From NCBI GenBank assembly GCA_047150005.1, contig AP038806.1, forward strand, positions 3,360,001-3,424,000: 64,000 nt of DNA, given 5' to 3'. Positions 20,145-32,268 of this stretch are shown in pieces. Below the pieces are notes generated by a model that did no database searches, was not told where the DNA came from, and was given only the letters and a program-made list of their open reading frames with translations. This DNA comes from Nitrospira sp. (GTDB taxonomy: Bacteria > Nitrospirota > Nitrospiria > Nitrospirales > Nitrospiraceae). The position numbers and the translations under genes were made by a program. Within the stretch, counting starts at the first letter, position 1; every line of letters starts with the position of its first letter.

Positions 20145-21455
20145 ATGGGGCTCCGCTTCGTCACCCGGTGGACTGTGCTGGGCTGCGGCCTGATCGCACT
20201 ACACGCCTGGCATGCCCCGGCCGCTCGGGCCGGCGGTCTTTCCCTGTATGAAATTGCCACCGCGGACGTCGGCCTCGCCAGTGCCGGCTGGGCGTCTCGC
20301 GCCCAGGATCCGGCCACGTTGCTGAAGAATCCCGCCGGCATGAGCCGGCTGACGGGCAATCAGTTTCAGGCCGGTGCGCAGCTGTTGCAGGCCGGCATCG
20401 GGTTCAGCCCCTCGGCCGGAACGACCGTGGACGGCAACAGCGGTGGCAATCCGGTGGGCGTGCTTCCGAGCGTGAGCATGTTCTATGTCCACGGCCTAGG
20501 CGAGGACGTGAAGGTGGGACTCGGCGTCTTTTCGAACTTCGGCCTTGGTATGAGCTACAACTCCGGATGGGTCGGTCGCTACTATGCGCTTGAAAATACG
20601 CTGATCGGCGTCAGCATGATGCCGGGGCTGAGCTATCGCATCAACGAGAAGCTGTCGATCGGCGCCGCGGCGAACGTCATGATCGGCTACCTGAACTACA
20701 GCACCGCCGTCAACAATCGCGCATTCCTCAACGTGCCGGACGGAAACATGCAGATGACGGACACGACGGTCGGGGCCGGCGGCAATGTCGGGCTGCTCTT
20801 CGAACCTCGAAAGGGCACCAGGTTCGGCATCACCTATTATTCTCAGATCAAGCTCGACTTCGGAGCCACCCCCACGTTCACCAACCTGACCGGTCCCCTG
20901 GGAACGGCGCTCCAGAACAACGGCCTGTTGAACCGCACGCTCGATCTCGGGATGACGGTCCCGCAATCGGTCATGGTGAGTTCCTATCACGAATTTACGG
21001 ACCATTGGGCGATGATGCTGGATTTCGGCTGGCAGGATTGGAGCCAGTTCGGCAAGGTGGACGTCGGCGTCACCGGTGGCAATGCCGATCCGAGTCTGAC
21101 CACCAGCATCAATTATCAAGATACCTTTCACGTGGCGCTGGGAAACCGCTATCGGGTGACGGAGGCCTGGCTCATCAACAGCGGGTTCGCCTGGGACAGC
21201 TCCATGCTCAAAAACCAGGACCGCACCGTGACCCTCCCGATCGGCCAGCAGTTCCGGTTCGGGCTTGGTGCCGAATGGCAAGCCAATCCCAAGCTGAATG
21301 TGGCGTTCAGCTATGAACTGGCCTACGGCGGCGACTTGCCGGTGAATCAGAATCGAGGTCCCTTGGCCGGCGCCGTGGTCGGGCAATTTCCCGGAACCTA
21401 TATCAATTTCTTCCAGGTGAGCTTCATCTGGGGCAAGGGGGCGGGCGGAGCATGA
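20145..21455 (+). CDS. FadL/OmpP1/TodX outer-membrane channel for hydrophobic compounds
   Basis: GLSLYE...GLASAG...NPAGM N-terminal signature followed by barrel strands. Confidence 0.88.
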   Translation: MGLRFVTRWTVLGCGLIALHAWHAPAARAGGLSLYEIATADVGLASAGWASRAQDPATLLKNPAGMSRLTGNQFQAGAQLLQAGIGFSPSAGTTVDGNSGGNPVGVLPSVSMFYVHGLGEDVKVGLGVFSNFGLGMSYNSGWVGRYYALENTLIGVSMMPGLSYRINEKLSIGAAANVMIGYLNYSTAVNNRAFLNVPDGNMQMTDTTVGAGGNVGLLFEPRKGTRFGITYYSQIKLDFGATPTFTNLTGPLGTALQNNGLLNRTLDLGMTVPQSVMVSSYHEFTDHWAMMLDFGWQDWSQFGKVDVGVTGGNADPSLTTSINYQDTFHVALGNRYRVTEAWLINSGFAWDSSMLKNQDRTVTLPIGQQFRFGLGAEWQANPKLNVAFSYELAYGGDLPVNQNRGPLAGAVVGQFPGTYINFFQVSFIWGKGAGGA

Positions 21456-21518
21456 ACGGAGCACACGTCGATCCGATTCAGCGCGGGACGCGACGGCAAG
21501 ACGCGAGAGCCGGGTGGC

Positions 21519-22295
21519 ATGAGTTATAACACCGGCACGGAGCTGCTGCTCATCGGCCTCTTTGCCGGGATGATGATCGCGCTCATAATCGGGCAACGTC
21601 TCGGCCGCCGGGACCAGACTGAGACCACGGACTCGACGCTCTTACGGCTGACTGCGGTGGAGGCGGCTATTTTCGGCCTGATGGGTTTGATGATCGCGTT
21701 CACATTCTCCGGGGCCGCGGACCGATACGAAATGCGGCGGCAGCTGGTCGTGGAGGAAGCCAATACCATCGAGACCTCCTACCTGCGCCTGGACCTGCTG
21801 CCTCCTGCCAGACAACCGGCGTTGCGCGACCAATACCGACGGTATCTGGAAGCGCGGCTCGGTGTCTATCAAGCTCTGCCCGATCTTGAGGCCTAGGCTG
21901 TGCAGACAGCCAAGGCGACCGCGCTGCAGCGGGAAATCTGGACCGGGACGGTCGCTGCTCTTAGCGAGGTGGTGCCTGAAGTGATGGATATCGTGCTTCC
22001 CCCGGTCAATCAGATGAGCGAGATCGCGACCAGCCGCAGCATTGCGGCGCTGACGCACACCCCAAAGCTCATCATGATCATGTTGCTGCTGCTGAGCCTT
22101 GTCTGCTCACTGTTGGCGGGCTACGTCATTGCCGGCACCCAGACGCGTCAGGTGGGGCTTCACCTGCTCGCGTTTGCGCTGGTGATGACGGCGACCATCT
22201 ATCTGATCGTCGCTCTGGACTATCCGCGCTACGGTGTGATTCGAGTCGATTTTGTGCATCAAGCGCTGCTGGATGTGTTGGCCGGCATGAAGTGA
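21519..22295 (+). pseudogene. DUF4239/bestrophin-like membrane protein interrupted by an in-frame TAG (21894-21896)
   Basis: ORFs 21519-21896 and 21900-22295 share one frame. GLMGLMIAFTFS...RRQLVVEEAN and ALDYPRYG motifs belong to one protein. Confidence 0.75.
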
Positions 22296-22337
22296 CGCGC
22301 CGGCCAATAGAGAATGAACAGAAAGGGGGGAGCTGCG

Positions 22338-24800
<2,463 letters not shown>

Positions 24801-24825
24801 ACGGAGCATGGAAGAGCGAGGTCGT

Positions 24826-25263
24826 ATGAATCAATATCGCGATGTGCCACAGGCACGGCGGTTCCTGTCCGGCCTACTCCTCCTGGCAGCGCTGAGCGGA
24901 TGCTCACATGAACCGGTTCACTACGAGTCGAGCTGGCCGATGGTGCCGATACAGGATCTCAACACGGTTGTCGGCGAATGGCGAGGCGTCGTCATGAAGG
25001 AACGCCGGGTCTTGCCTGCGGGAGAGGTCACGCTGACGATCCGGGACAACGGGACGTACTACTTCGTCGGTCAGACCGCCTCCGATACGGTCCTCGGTAC
25101 CGGGAAGATCGGAGTCCGGGACGGCCGCTTGGAGGGAGGCTCCGATCTCCGAACTTTCTCCGGTACCCTCCACGACAAGAAGGGAAAGCCGCTCCTCTTC
25201 ATTCAGGCGGCCAACCGGCAGACGGGAGACCGTTTTCACGGGGAGTTGATGAGAACCGAATGA
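24826..25263 (+). CDS. Small beta-rich lipoprotein, family C
   Basis: Lipobox LSGC; WPMVPIQD..VVGEWRG motif. Confidence 0.78.
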   Translation: MNQYRDVPQARRFLSGLLLLAALSGCSHEPVHYESSWPMVPIQDLNTVVGEWRGVVMKERRVLPAGEVTLTIRDNGTYYFVGQTASDTVLGTGKIGVRDGRLEGGSDLRTFSGTLHDKKGKPLLFIQAANRQTGDRFHGELMRTE

Positions 25264-25477
25264 TCGCCAGGAGGGTGACGACAGGTCATGACAAGCTTCA
25301 GAAGGCCTGGCGCGCCGGTTACGGCTGGGGAGCGAGGTATGGCGGTGGAGGCACCGCCGCCGGAAATCTTGATCTGGCAGACCGGGCGATCGCAAGGGCA
25401 TTCCGGAACTATCCTCCTCGGCGACAGGCTCCGTAGGGGTGCCATAGAGAGCCGGAGAGAGTTTCAAGGAGACGACG

Positions 25478-26311
25478 ATGATTGAGTGTCGGTTGCGGGC
25501 GAGACGTGCGGCCTGGTGCGGAATGCTGATCATGGTCGGATGGGCATGCTCGGTGGTGCTGCCGCCGGCCGTCTCGGCCCAGTCCTCGCCGCCACCCCCC
25601 ACGGAGCAGGGGCGGATGAGGCAGTCGGCTCAGGCGGTCGCGCCTGAGCCGGAAAAACACTCTGAAGTCATTCGCATGCGACCCACTGAAGGGTACATTG
25701 CCGGGTTCGGAGGCTATACGTTCGGGGGAAAATTCAATACCGACGGCATCGGCAATCTGGCCGGCGAAAGCTTCGGCAATCGCAATCTTGCCGACTCCGG
25801 AGTCTATGGTGCCAAGGCCGGAGGATTCTTCGCCGATGAATTGAGTTGGTTCGGCGTGGAAATCGAAGCCTTCAATACGACGCCCAATATTCAGCAGCAG
25901 GGTGCCGCGCCGGGGAGTTACATGCGCGTCACGACATTGGCGGTCAATGCGATCGTCCGGGCGCAGTTCTCGTGCACCACGACGATCGATCACACGGAAC
26001 AAGTGACCCGTCGAGTCGAGATGCGCTACGAGCGGGAATTCTGCCGGTTGCAGCCGTACGCCGGGGTCGGGCTCGGCATCAATTGGACCTATATCCAGAA
26101 CAGCAACTTTACCGCTCGCGATAACTTTGTTCCAGGTCTCAACGTCCTTGGCGGGCTGCGCTACTACGTGACCGAGCGGATCGGCATCTTTGCCGAATAC
26201 AAGTACAACCGGGCGACCTTCGATTTCGTCGCCGGTACCGGGCCGCTGACCGGCTTTCAAGGCACCTACAGTATCAACCACATCGTCGGCGGAATCTCCT
26301 ACCATTATTGA
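25478..26311 (+). CDS. Small outer-membrane beta-barrel protein
   Basis: Signal peptide, LQPYAGVGLG, GLRYYVT..FAEYKY, terminal ISYHY. Confidence 0.82.
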   Translation: MIECRLRARRAAWCGMLIMVGWACSVVLPPAVSAQSSPPPPTEQGRMRQSAQAVAPEPEKHSEVIRMRPTEGYIAGFGGYTFGGKFNTDGIGNLAGESFGNRNLADSGVYGAKAGGFFADELSWFGVEIEAFNTTPNIQQQGAAPGSYMRVTTLAVNAIVRAQFSCTTTIDHTEQVTRRVEMRYEREFCRLQPYAGVGLGINWTYIQNSNFTARDNFVPGLNVLGGLRYYVTERIGIFAEYKYNRATFDFVAGTGPLTGFQGTYSINHIVGGISYHY

Positions 26312-26382
26312 AGCGACAGGTCCGTCTCAGATCCGTCTATTGTTGCGCCTCCGATATCCTGTGCCGTAGAGTGCCGACTGCT

Positions 26383-29300
26383 ATGACAGGGGCCCGTTCC
26401 ACCCGCCGCTATCCAAACCTCCGCAGCATCGGCTACGTCCTGTTCGGATCGGGCCTGTGTCTGATCCTCTTCGTGCTGTATCTTCAGACAACGCATGCCT
26501 TCACGCACGTGATTGTCCCTCTCGTGGACAGCCTGCTCCCTGGGGACCTTCACGCGGAGAACGGATCGTTGACGCTGCCCGCCGCAGTCGACGTCACGGG
26601 TCTTTCATACCAAGAGCCCGACATCGGTCTGGCATTGAACGTGGGCCGGCTTCACCTCAGTTTGTCCGCCATGAGGTCCCTTCGCGAACGATTGCTGTTC
26701 ATCGACGACGTGATGATCGATCACGCGGAAATCGGCATCGCCGTGACCCAGAAGGACAGTGGAGCAGCCGCGGACGCCTCCTCCTCGGACATCCCGCTTC
26801 GCTGGGTCGTTCGCCGCGGACACATGAACGAGGGTACCCTCTTCGTCAAAACGGACCACAAGGACGTCGCGGTCACGGACGTGCAGGGGACGGTGGAGGA
26901 CATCGGGTCGGGGCGAAGCGGGACCATCGATGGGCAAGGGGAGGTCGCCGTCTTGCAACAGACGAGCGGGAGTCGCTGGGCGGGAAGAATGGTCGTGACT
27001 GGTTCGGTTCGACAGGATCCGAACGGGAGGCGGATCGAATGGGACGCGGCCAATGAGGTGATTGTTCGAGAGTCACCACCGAGCGCGAGCGGAATGCTGT
27101 CGGGGATCCTCTCGTTCGACCAGCGAGTCACCGGCAGCTACGACCTCATGGACGCGGCCCTGCAGGCCGAGGTGGTTGTCACCGCCCGGCTGGGACAGCG
27201 TCGCCTCGTTGATGCGTCCGTGACGCTGCGGAGGACCGGGGCGGGGGAAGGAGCGGAAACGGATCTCGGAGTGAGGATTCACGAGGTCACGGAGCACGCG
27301 CTCAATCTCCTGATGGACGAGCAACAGGCCTTTCGCCTTCGCGCCTCGCATGTCGGCGGATATATCGATGTCCACGCCGTGGGATCTCGTTATGCGGTTC
27401 GCTCGGTACTCGCCGGGGAGAAACTGCAGGTGATGGTCGACCGGACCGTCACGCCTCCGTTGGATATCGACCTGGCCCAGACCGGAACGTTCGACAGTGA
27501 GTCCCGCGACCTGATGTTGGAGATTTTTGATATGCACGTGGCAGACCAGCGCAAGATCTGGCTGACGGGAGAACTGACCCGGACCCTGACGTTCAAGCTC
27601 GGTGCCGGCCATGCCGAACGAGAGGACCTGGAACCGTCGAATCCATCTCAGACTGATTGGGCGATCAAAGTCAACGATCTGAGCGTCACCGACCTGCGCC
27701 GTTGGTTTGATGCATTCCGTTGGAAAGGATTGGACGGTCTGCGAGCGGGACGGGTGGGAGGGGTCATGACGGCGTCCGGGCGGAGCAGTGGGAAAGCGGT
27801 GGACCTCTCCCTCCGGTTGAGCGTCTCGGATCTTGTCATGGACGCCGAAGGCGCCGAGCTGGGGCCGCCGGTGACGTTCGAGCATGTCGCCCGCGGGACA
27901 TTGACGGATTTCACCCAGCTCAGAATTTCATCGTTCGTGACGACGGCGTCGGTCTCCGGTGAACGATCCAAAGGGACGTTGGAATGTGCCGGGACGATCA
28001 ATCTGTCCGACCCGGCAACGGATCTCGACCTGCGGGGCTCGCTCGTGCTGAACGATCTGCACGCGGGCGCGCTTAATCCCTTGCTGGCTCGGTGGACCAT
28101 GGCCGGTTTCAACCATGGTCATTTCAACGGGACCGCGCAGGCTTCGATGACCGGAGCGTGGTTCAAGTGGGAAATCGATCTCCGGGGTCGTCAGATCGGT
28201 CTCCATCTCCCGAAGAAACCCCGCCCGACTCTTCCGGTGGATGTAGTAGTCAGGCAAGCAGGGCATGTCGACAGAACGGGCCGTGTGCTCCAGATCGATA
28301 AGGCCGTCCTTCAAACGGTTCAACAATCCCGTCCGATCCTGACGGCGGTCTTGGATCATCCGATTCATGTGGCGTTGAGTCGAACGGAACGGAGCCGTGC
28401 AACCGCGCGAGAGGACGGCCCATTGGCCACGCTGGGGATCGAAATCCATCAATTGGACATCGAGCAGCTCAAGCCGCGTCTCGAATTCCTGAAGCTCGCG
28501 GTCCTGGAGCAGATCACAAGCGGATTCGTCAATGCGCGGCTGACGATCCGCTGGTGGGGGGACACGGAGCCTCTGACCATCGGTGGAAACCTTGATCTCG
28601 AACGCGTGACCGTCGACGCACATGTCGCGCGGATCAGCAAGCCCCTGACATTGCGTAACCGAATCGAGGTCACCGTGACGGACTCATCCCTCGTCGAACT
28701 GACGACCTGGAACCTGCGTGCGCTGGACGGCGCCGTCGCCATCGCCGAGGCGCGAGTCAGCGGCACGACCGACTTGGCCGAGGGAACGATGGATCTCAGC
28801 ACGCGGTTCAGCACGGGGAATGTCACGCAGTTCCTGATCCGGATCGGCCTGCTCGACAAGCCGACACTCACATTGATGGCCGGCGGTGTCGTCACAGCCG
28901 AGGTGCGGGCATCGAGTCAGGTCGGTGGTTCCCCCCTCTCCCTACGGATCGGCATCCGATCCCGCAATCTTCGGCTTAAACCGCTTCCCAAGCACGTCAT
29001 GACCTACGACGTCGACGTGAGAGGTACGGTGGAAGTGAACGGACCCAGGACGGCCGTAACGCTGGATCCACTGGCATTGACATTGACGCATGCGGCGAAG
29101 GAGGCGGGCACGATAACGGTGTGGGGGCACTGGCCGATCGTCGCATCCGAATCCGAAGCGACGGCCCGCATCGTCGTCAAAAATCTGGACTGTGGGCCCG
29201 GCCTCGACCTGTACGGAGCGCTGCCCGGGCGCCATGCCGGTCGGTTCCCGCTGAACGCCGATCTGAGGGCCGCCCTCGACATGCGGAAGGGGAACGTGAC

Positions 29301-30468
29301 CCTGAGCGGAGAGGAAACCATCGGACCGGTACTCGTCTCTCGAAAAGACGGAGGCCCTGCCGAAGCCACCGTTCGACTCGAGCAGGACGTCGGCTGGCAC
29401 GATATGACGCTGACCGTCTCCAAGGTGACGCTAACGGCCGATCGACCTCACGGCACGACCGATCATGCGGCAGCGAGCGGTCGCTTCAGCTTTGGGACAC
29501 GATTAGGCGCCGAATTCGAGGGAAAGGTGGCTTCCTTGGATGCGGCATGGTATGCGGCGCTGCTCTCGAAACAGTCGGCCGCATCGCGCTCCGCGGCTCA
29601 AGCCGAAGGAGGGGCGGTCTCGAAGCCTCCCGGCAAACAGTCCGATGCGCAGGTCCTGATCACGCACCTCGACGGCGTGCTCTCGATCGGCACTGTTTCC
29701 TACGGCGGTCTGATGATGGGTCCCGGCCGGTTGACCGTGCGAGGAACAGAAGACCGGATCGATCTGGCGGTCGAACCGACCGGCCTCGCCGACGGACAGG
29801 TCGAGGGGACGATGGCGTTGACTGACCGGCAGGGGAGGGGACGTCTTGAGTGGACCGGCAAGGGCGAGAGCTTGAACATCGAGACGATTCTGAGCGCGAT
29901 CGAACCGGGCGAGACGGCGCGCATGACCGGGGTCGGATCCTTTCAAACCTCGGGCAATGCTGTCCCGGGTGGGGCGCTGCCCGAGGAACAGACGAAGGGA
30001 TCGCTCGACTTCACGATTACAGGGGGACAATTCACTCGAATCCCGCTTGCGAATTTTCTCGCAAGGGAAACCCATATCGAAGAATTCAACCGGATGGGAT
30101 TTTCCGAATTCCGGGGGGAGGTGCGCTGGGAGACGGGCGAGATTCACATGAATCGGATTGTCGCGACCGGGTCTGTCTCCTCACTTGAGGGAAGCGGAAA
30201 ACTTGGGTCGGACGGCGCGCTCGACGGGCTGGTCTTCGTGAAAATCGGTCCCTCGTTCAGACGCAATATCAAGATTCCCTGCATGTCGGCCATTCTGCTC
30301 CTGCCCGACGGCTTTGCCGCGTTGCCGTTCGCGGTGCGCATCAGCGGCACGGCAAAGGTGCCGGTGTATCGGGTCGATCCGTCTCCCTGGGGTCAGGCGA
30401 AGGGTACGATCACCGATTTTGCGGGAAAAATGAAGAATCTGGTCATGGGATGCCGCGAGTCTTCCTAA
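26383..30468 (+). CDS. Large AsmA-like (repeating beta-groove) envelope protein
   Basis: One N-terminal TM helix, about 1360 aa beta-rich, AsmA-type C-terminus (LPFAVRISGTAKVP). Start uncertain. Confidence 0.72.
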   Translation: MTGARSTRRYPNLRSIGYVLFGSGLCLILFVLYLQTTHAFTHVIVPLVDSLLPGDLHAENGSLTLPAAVDVTGLSYQEPDIGLALNVGRLHLSLSAMRSLRERLLFIDDVMIDHAEIGIAVTQKDSGAAADASSSDIPLRWVVRRGHMNEGTLFVKTDHKDVAVTDVQGTVEDIGSGRSGTIDGQGEVAVLQQTSGSRWAGRMVVTGSVRQDPNGRRIEWDAANEVIVRESPPSASGMLSGILSFDQRVTGSYDLMDAALQAEVVVTARLGQRRLVDASVTLRRTGAGEGAETDLGVRIHEVTEHALNLLMDEQQAFRLRASHVGGYIDVHAVGSRYAVRSVLAGEKLQVMVDRTVTPPLDIDLAQTGTFDSESRDLMLEIFDMHVADQRKIWLTGELTRTLTFKLGAGHAEREDLEPSNPSQTDWAIKVNDLSVTDLRRWFDAFRWKGLDGLRAGRVGGVMTASGRSSGKAVDLSLRLSVSDLVMDAEGAELGPPVTFEHVARGTLTDFTQLRISSFVTTASVSGERSKGTLECAGTINLSDPATDLDLRGSLVLNDLHAGALNPLLARWTMAGFNHGHFNGTAQASMTGAWFKWEIDLRGRQIGLHLPKKPRPTLPVDVVVRQAGHVDRTGRVLQIDKAVLQTVQQSRPILTAVLDHPIHVALSRTERSRATAREDGPLATLGIEIHQLDIEQLKPRLEFLKLAVLEQITSGFVNARLTIRWWGDTEPLTIGGNLDLERVTVDAHVARISKPLTLRNRIEVTVTDSSLVELTTWNLRALDGAVAIAEARVSGTTDLAEGTMDLSTRFSTGNVTQFLIRIGLLDKPTLTLMAGGVVTAEVRASSQVGGSPLSLRIGIRSRNLRLKPLPKHVMTYDVDVRGTVEVNGPRTAVTLDPLALTLTHAAKEAGTITVWGHWPIVASESEATARIVVKNLDCGPGLDLYGALPGRHAGRFPLNADLRAALDMRKGNVTLSGEETIGPVLVSRKDGGPAEATVRLEQDVGWHDMTLTVSKVTLTADRPHGTTDHAAASGRFSFGTRLGAEFEGKVASLDAAWYAALLSKQSAASRSAAQAEGGAVSKPPGKQSDAQVLITHLDGVLSIGTVSYGGLMMGPGRLTVRGTEDRIDLAVEPTGLADGQVEGTMALTDRQGRGRLEWTGKGESLNIETILSAIEPGETARMTGVGSFQTSGNAVPGGALPEEQTKGSLDFTITGGQFTRIPLANFLARETHIEEFNRMGFSEFRGEVRWETGEIHMNRIVATGSVSSLEGSGKLGSDGALDGLVFVKIGPSFRRNIKIPCMSAILLLPDGFAALPFAVRISGTAKVPVYRVDPSPWGQAKGTITDFAGKMKNLVMGCRESS

Positions 30469-30523
30469 TTTACGGCGCTGGGTTGGGGACTGGCTCCTGC
30501 CGTAGCCTGGCGAAGGCGGGCCC

Positions 30524-30539
30524 CTGTCAATTTTGACAG
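30524..30539. promoter_or_regulatory. CTGTCA-N4-TGACAG palindrome, copy 2
   Basis: 22 bp identical to copy 1 (cctgtcaattttgacagttcct). Confidence 0.7.
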
Positions 30540-30683
30540 TTCCTGGGGCTTGGTCAAAGTGATAAGAGTGTGATAAGAAAGTGCCTCGTTCAACGTGATG
30601 CCGGCCCGATGACGTACGGAAATCGACGTGCTGTTCGTTCCGGCCCATCGTTCCTTAACTCCCATTTCAGAAAGGATTCGCTC

Positions 30684-31160
30684 ATGTACAAGGTGATGTC
30701 GGTTGTGTTGGCTGGAGCCATGTTGATGGCCGTTCCAGTGTTCGCGGCGGAGGGGCAATCGGATACGAACATGGAGATCTTGAAGCAGAAGCTCAAGGCG
30801 GACAAGAAACTGTTGGTCGCGAGCAACATGGAGCTCACAGATGCGGAAGCCAAGCAGTTCTGGCCCATCTATGAGGCGTATCAGAAAGATTTGGAGGGTG
30901 TAAACCAGCAGCTCGGCAAGACCGTCATGGAGTATGCCGATGCCTTCAACAAAGGGTCGATCTCGAACGATACCGCCAAGAAGTTGCTCGGCGAGGCGCT
31001 GTCGGTCGAGGAACAGGAAACCAAGTTGAAGCGCTCGTATGCGGAAAAGCTGGAGAAGGTTCTTCCGACCACAAAGGTCGCCCGCTACATCCAGATGGAG
31101 ACCAAGATCCGCTCGCTGATCAAGTTCGAGATGGCCCAACAGATTCCGCTGGTGTACTAG
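30684..31160 (+). CDS. Secreted alpha-helical protein, family B
   Basis: KADKKLLVASNMELTDAEAKQFWPIY...QIPLVY. Confidence 0.82.
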   Translation: MYKVMSVVLAGAMLMAVPVFAAEGQSDTNMEILKQKLKADKKLLVASNMELTDAEAKQFWPIYEAYQKDLEGVNQQLGKTVMEYADAFNKGSISNDTAKKLLGEALSVEEQETKLKRSYAEKLEKVLPTTKVARYIQMETKIRSLIKFEMAQQIPLVY

Positions 31161-31316
31161 CCCAGATCAAGCGGCAGGGCGTTCGTGCCTCCTTCTCTCC
31201 ACGCAGGGAAGGGGGCACTGTTTTACTGCCGTGGCGGGGCGGAAGATTGACAAGACGATAGGACTGAATATGGATCTACGGTAGGCTCGTCGGCGGCCTT
31301 GACACGAGGAGGAAGC

Positions 31317-32189
31317 ATGCCAGCAGCGGATTCCAACGATGTGGCGATTCTGCAACAGGTGTTTCATCCATCCGATTTTACTCCCGCCAGCGAAACGGCC
31401 TTTGCGCATGCGTTGAAGGCCGCGCTCATCGCCCAAGCCGATCTCACCATCCTGCATGTATCGACGAAGGAAAACTCGGAGTGGACGGAATTCCCCGGTG
31501 TGAGAGCGACGTTGGAACGGTGGGGGCTGCTTCCGAAGAACAGTTCGACATCCGATGTCGCGAAACTCGGCATCGGCGTCAAGAAGATTCAGGCGCGGCA
31601 TGACGACCCCGTGGAGTCGGTGACGTCCTATTTGAAGAGCCACAATGCGGACTTGATCGTTCTGGCCACCGACCAGAGCAAAGAACAGTTTCAGTGGCTC
31701 AGTAAGTCCGTCGCCGAGCCGATCGCGCGGAAGTCACGCCTGATGACCTTGTTTATTCCCAAGGGTCTGAAGGGATTCATCTCGTTGACAGACGGCTCGA
31801 TCTCGTTGAGCAGCATCCTCATTCCCGTCGCGGCCGTTCCGCCCCCGCAGCCGGCTCTCCAGGCTGCCGCGCGCCTGGCGCGCCGAATGAACATTCCGAG
31901 CGGCACATTCAATCTCCTGCATGTGGGAGACAAGGCGAGCCTACCGGCGGTGAATCTTTCCGAGTTGCCTGGGTGGACGTCGAACGTGCTGACCAAACAG
32001 GGCGACGTGATCGATGTGATCGTCGGGACGGCGGAGGAGACCAAGGCCGACCTGATCGTCATGACCACCGACGGACGCAACGGTTTTCTGGACGCCTTGC
32101 GCGGAAGCCACAGCGAACGGATCCTCCGGCGAACGCCCTGTCCGCTCCTGGCGATCCCAGCCGGTGGGTTCATCTCCTCGGTGATGTGA
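31317..32189 (+). CDS. Universal stress protein (tandem Usp domains)
   Basis: HPSDFT..SETAFAHA, ADLIVM..G....GSHSERILR..PCPLL. RBS GAGGAGG. Confidence 0.88.
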   Translation: MPAADSNDVAILQQVFHPSDFTPASETAFAHALKAALIAQADLTILHVSTKENSEWTEFPGVRATLERWGLLPKNSSTSDVAKLGIGVKKIQARHDDPVESVTSYLKSHNADLIVLATDQSKEQFQWLSKSVAEPIARKSRLMTLFIPKGLKGFISLTDGSISLSSILIPVAAVPPPQPALQAAARLARRMNIPSGTFNLLHVGDKASLPAVNLSELPGWTSNVLTKQGDVIDVIVGTAEETKADLIVMTTDGRNGFLDALRGSHSERILRRTPCPLLAIPAGGFISSVM

Positions 32190-32268
32190 CGCCGGATCAG
32201 GTATGGCGTCGTGATCGGTCCCGGCTTGTCGATCGTCGCCCTGATCCGCCTCAAACAAGGAGACAACC

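Noticed and set aside
30496..30520. Hairpin cctgccgtagcctggcgaaggcggg as a REP or terminator
   Set aside because: Single imperfect copy in the window and no U-tract.
31247..31275. TTGACA upstream of the usp gene as a sigma70 promoter
   Set aside because: No convincing -10 hexamer at 16-18 bp.
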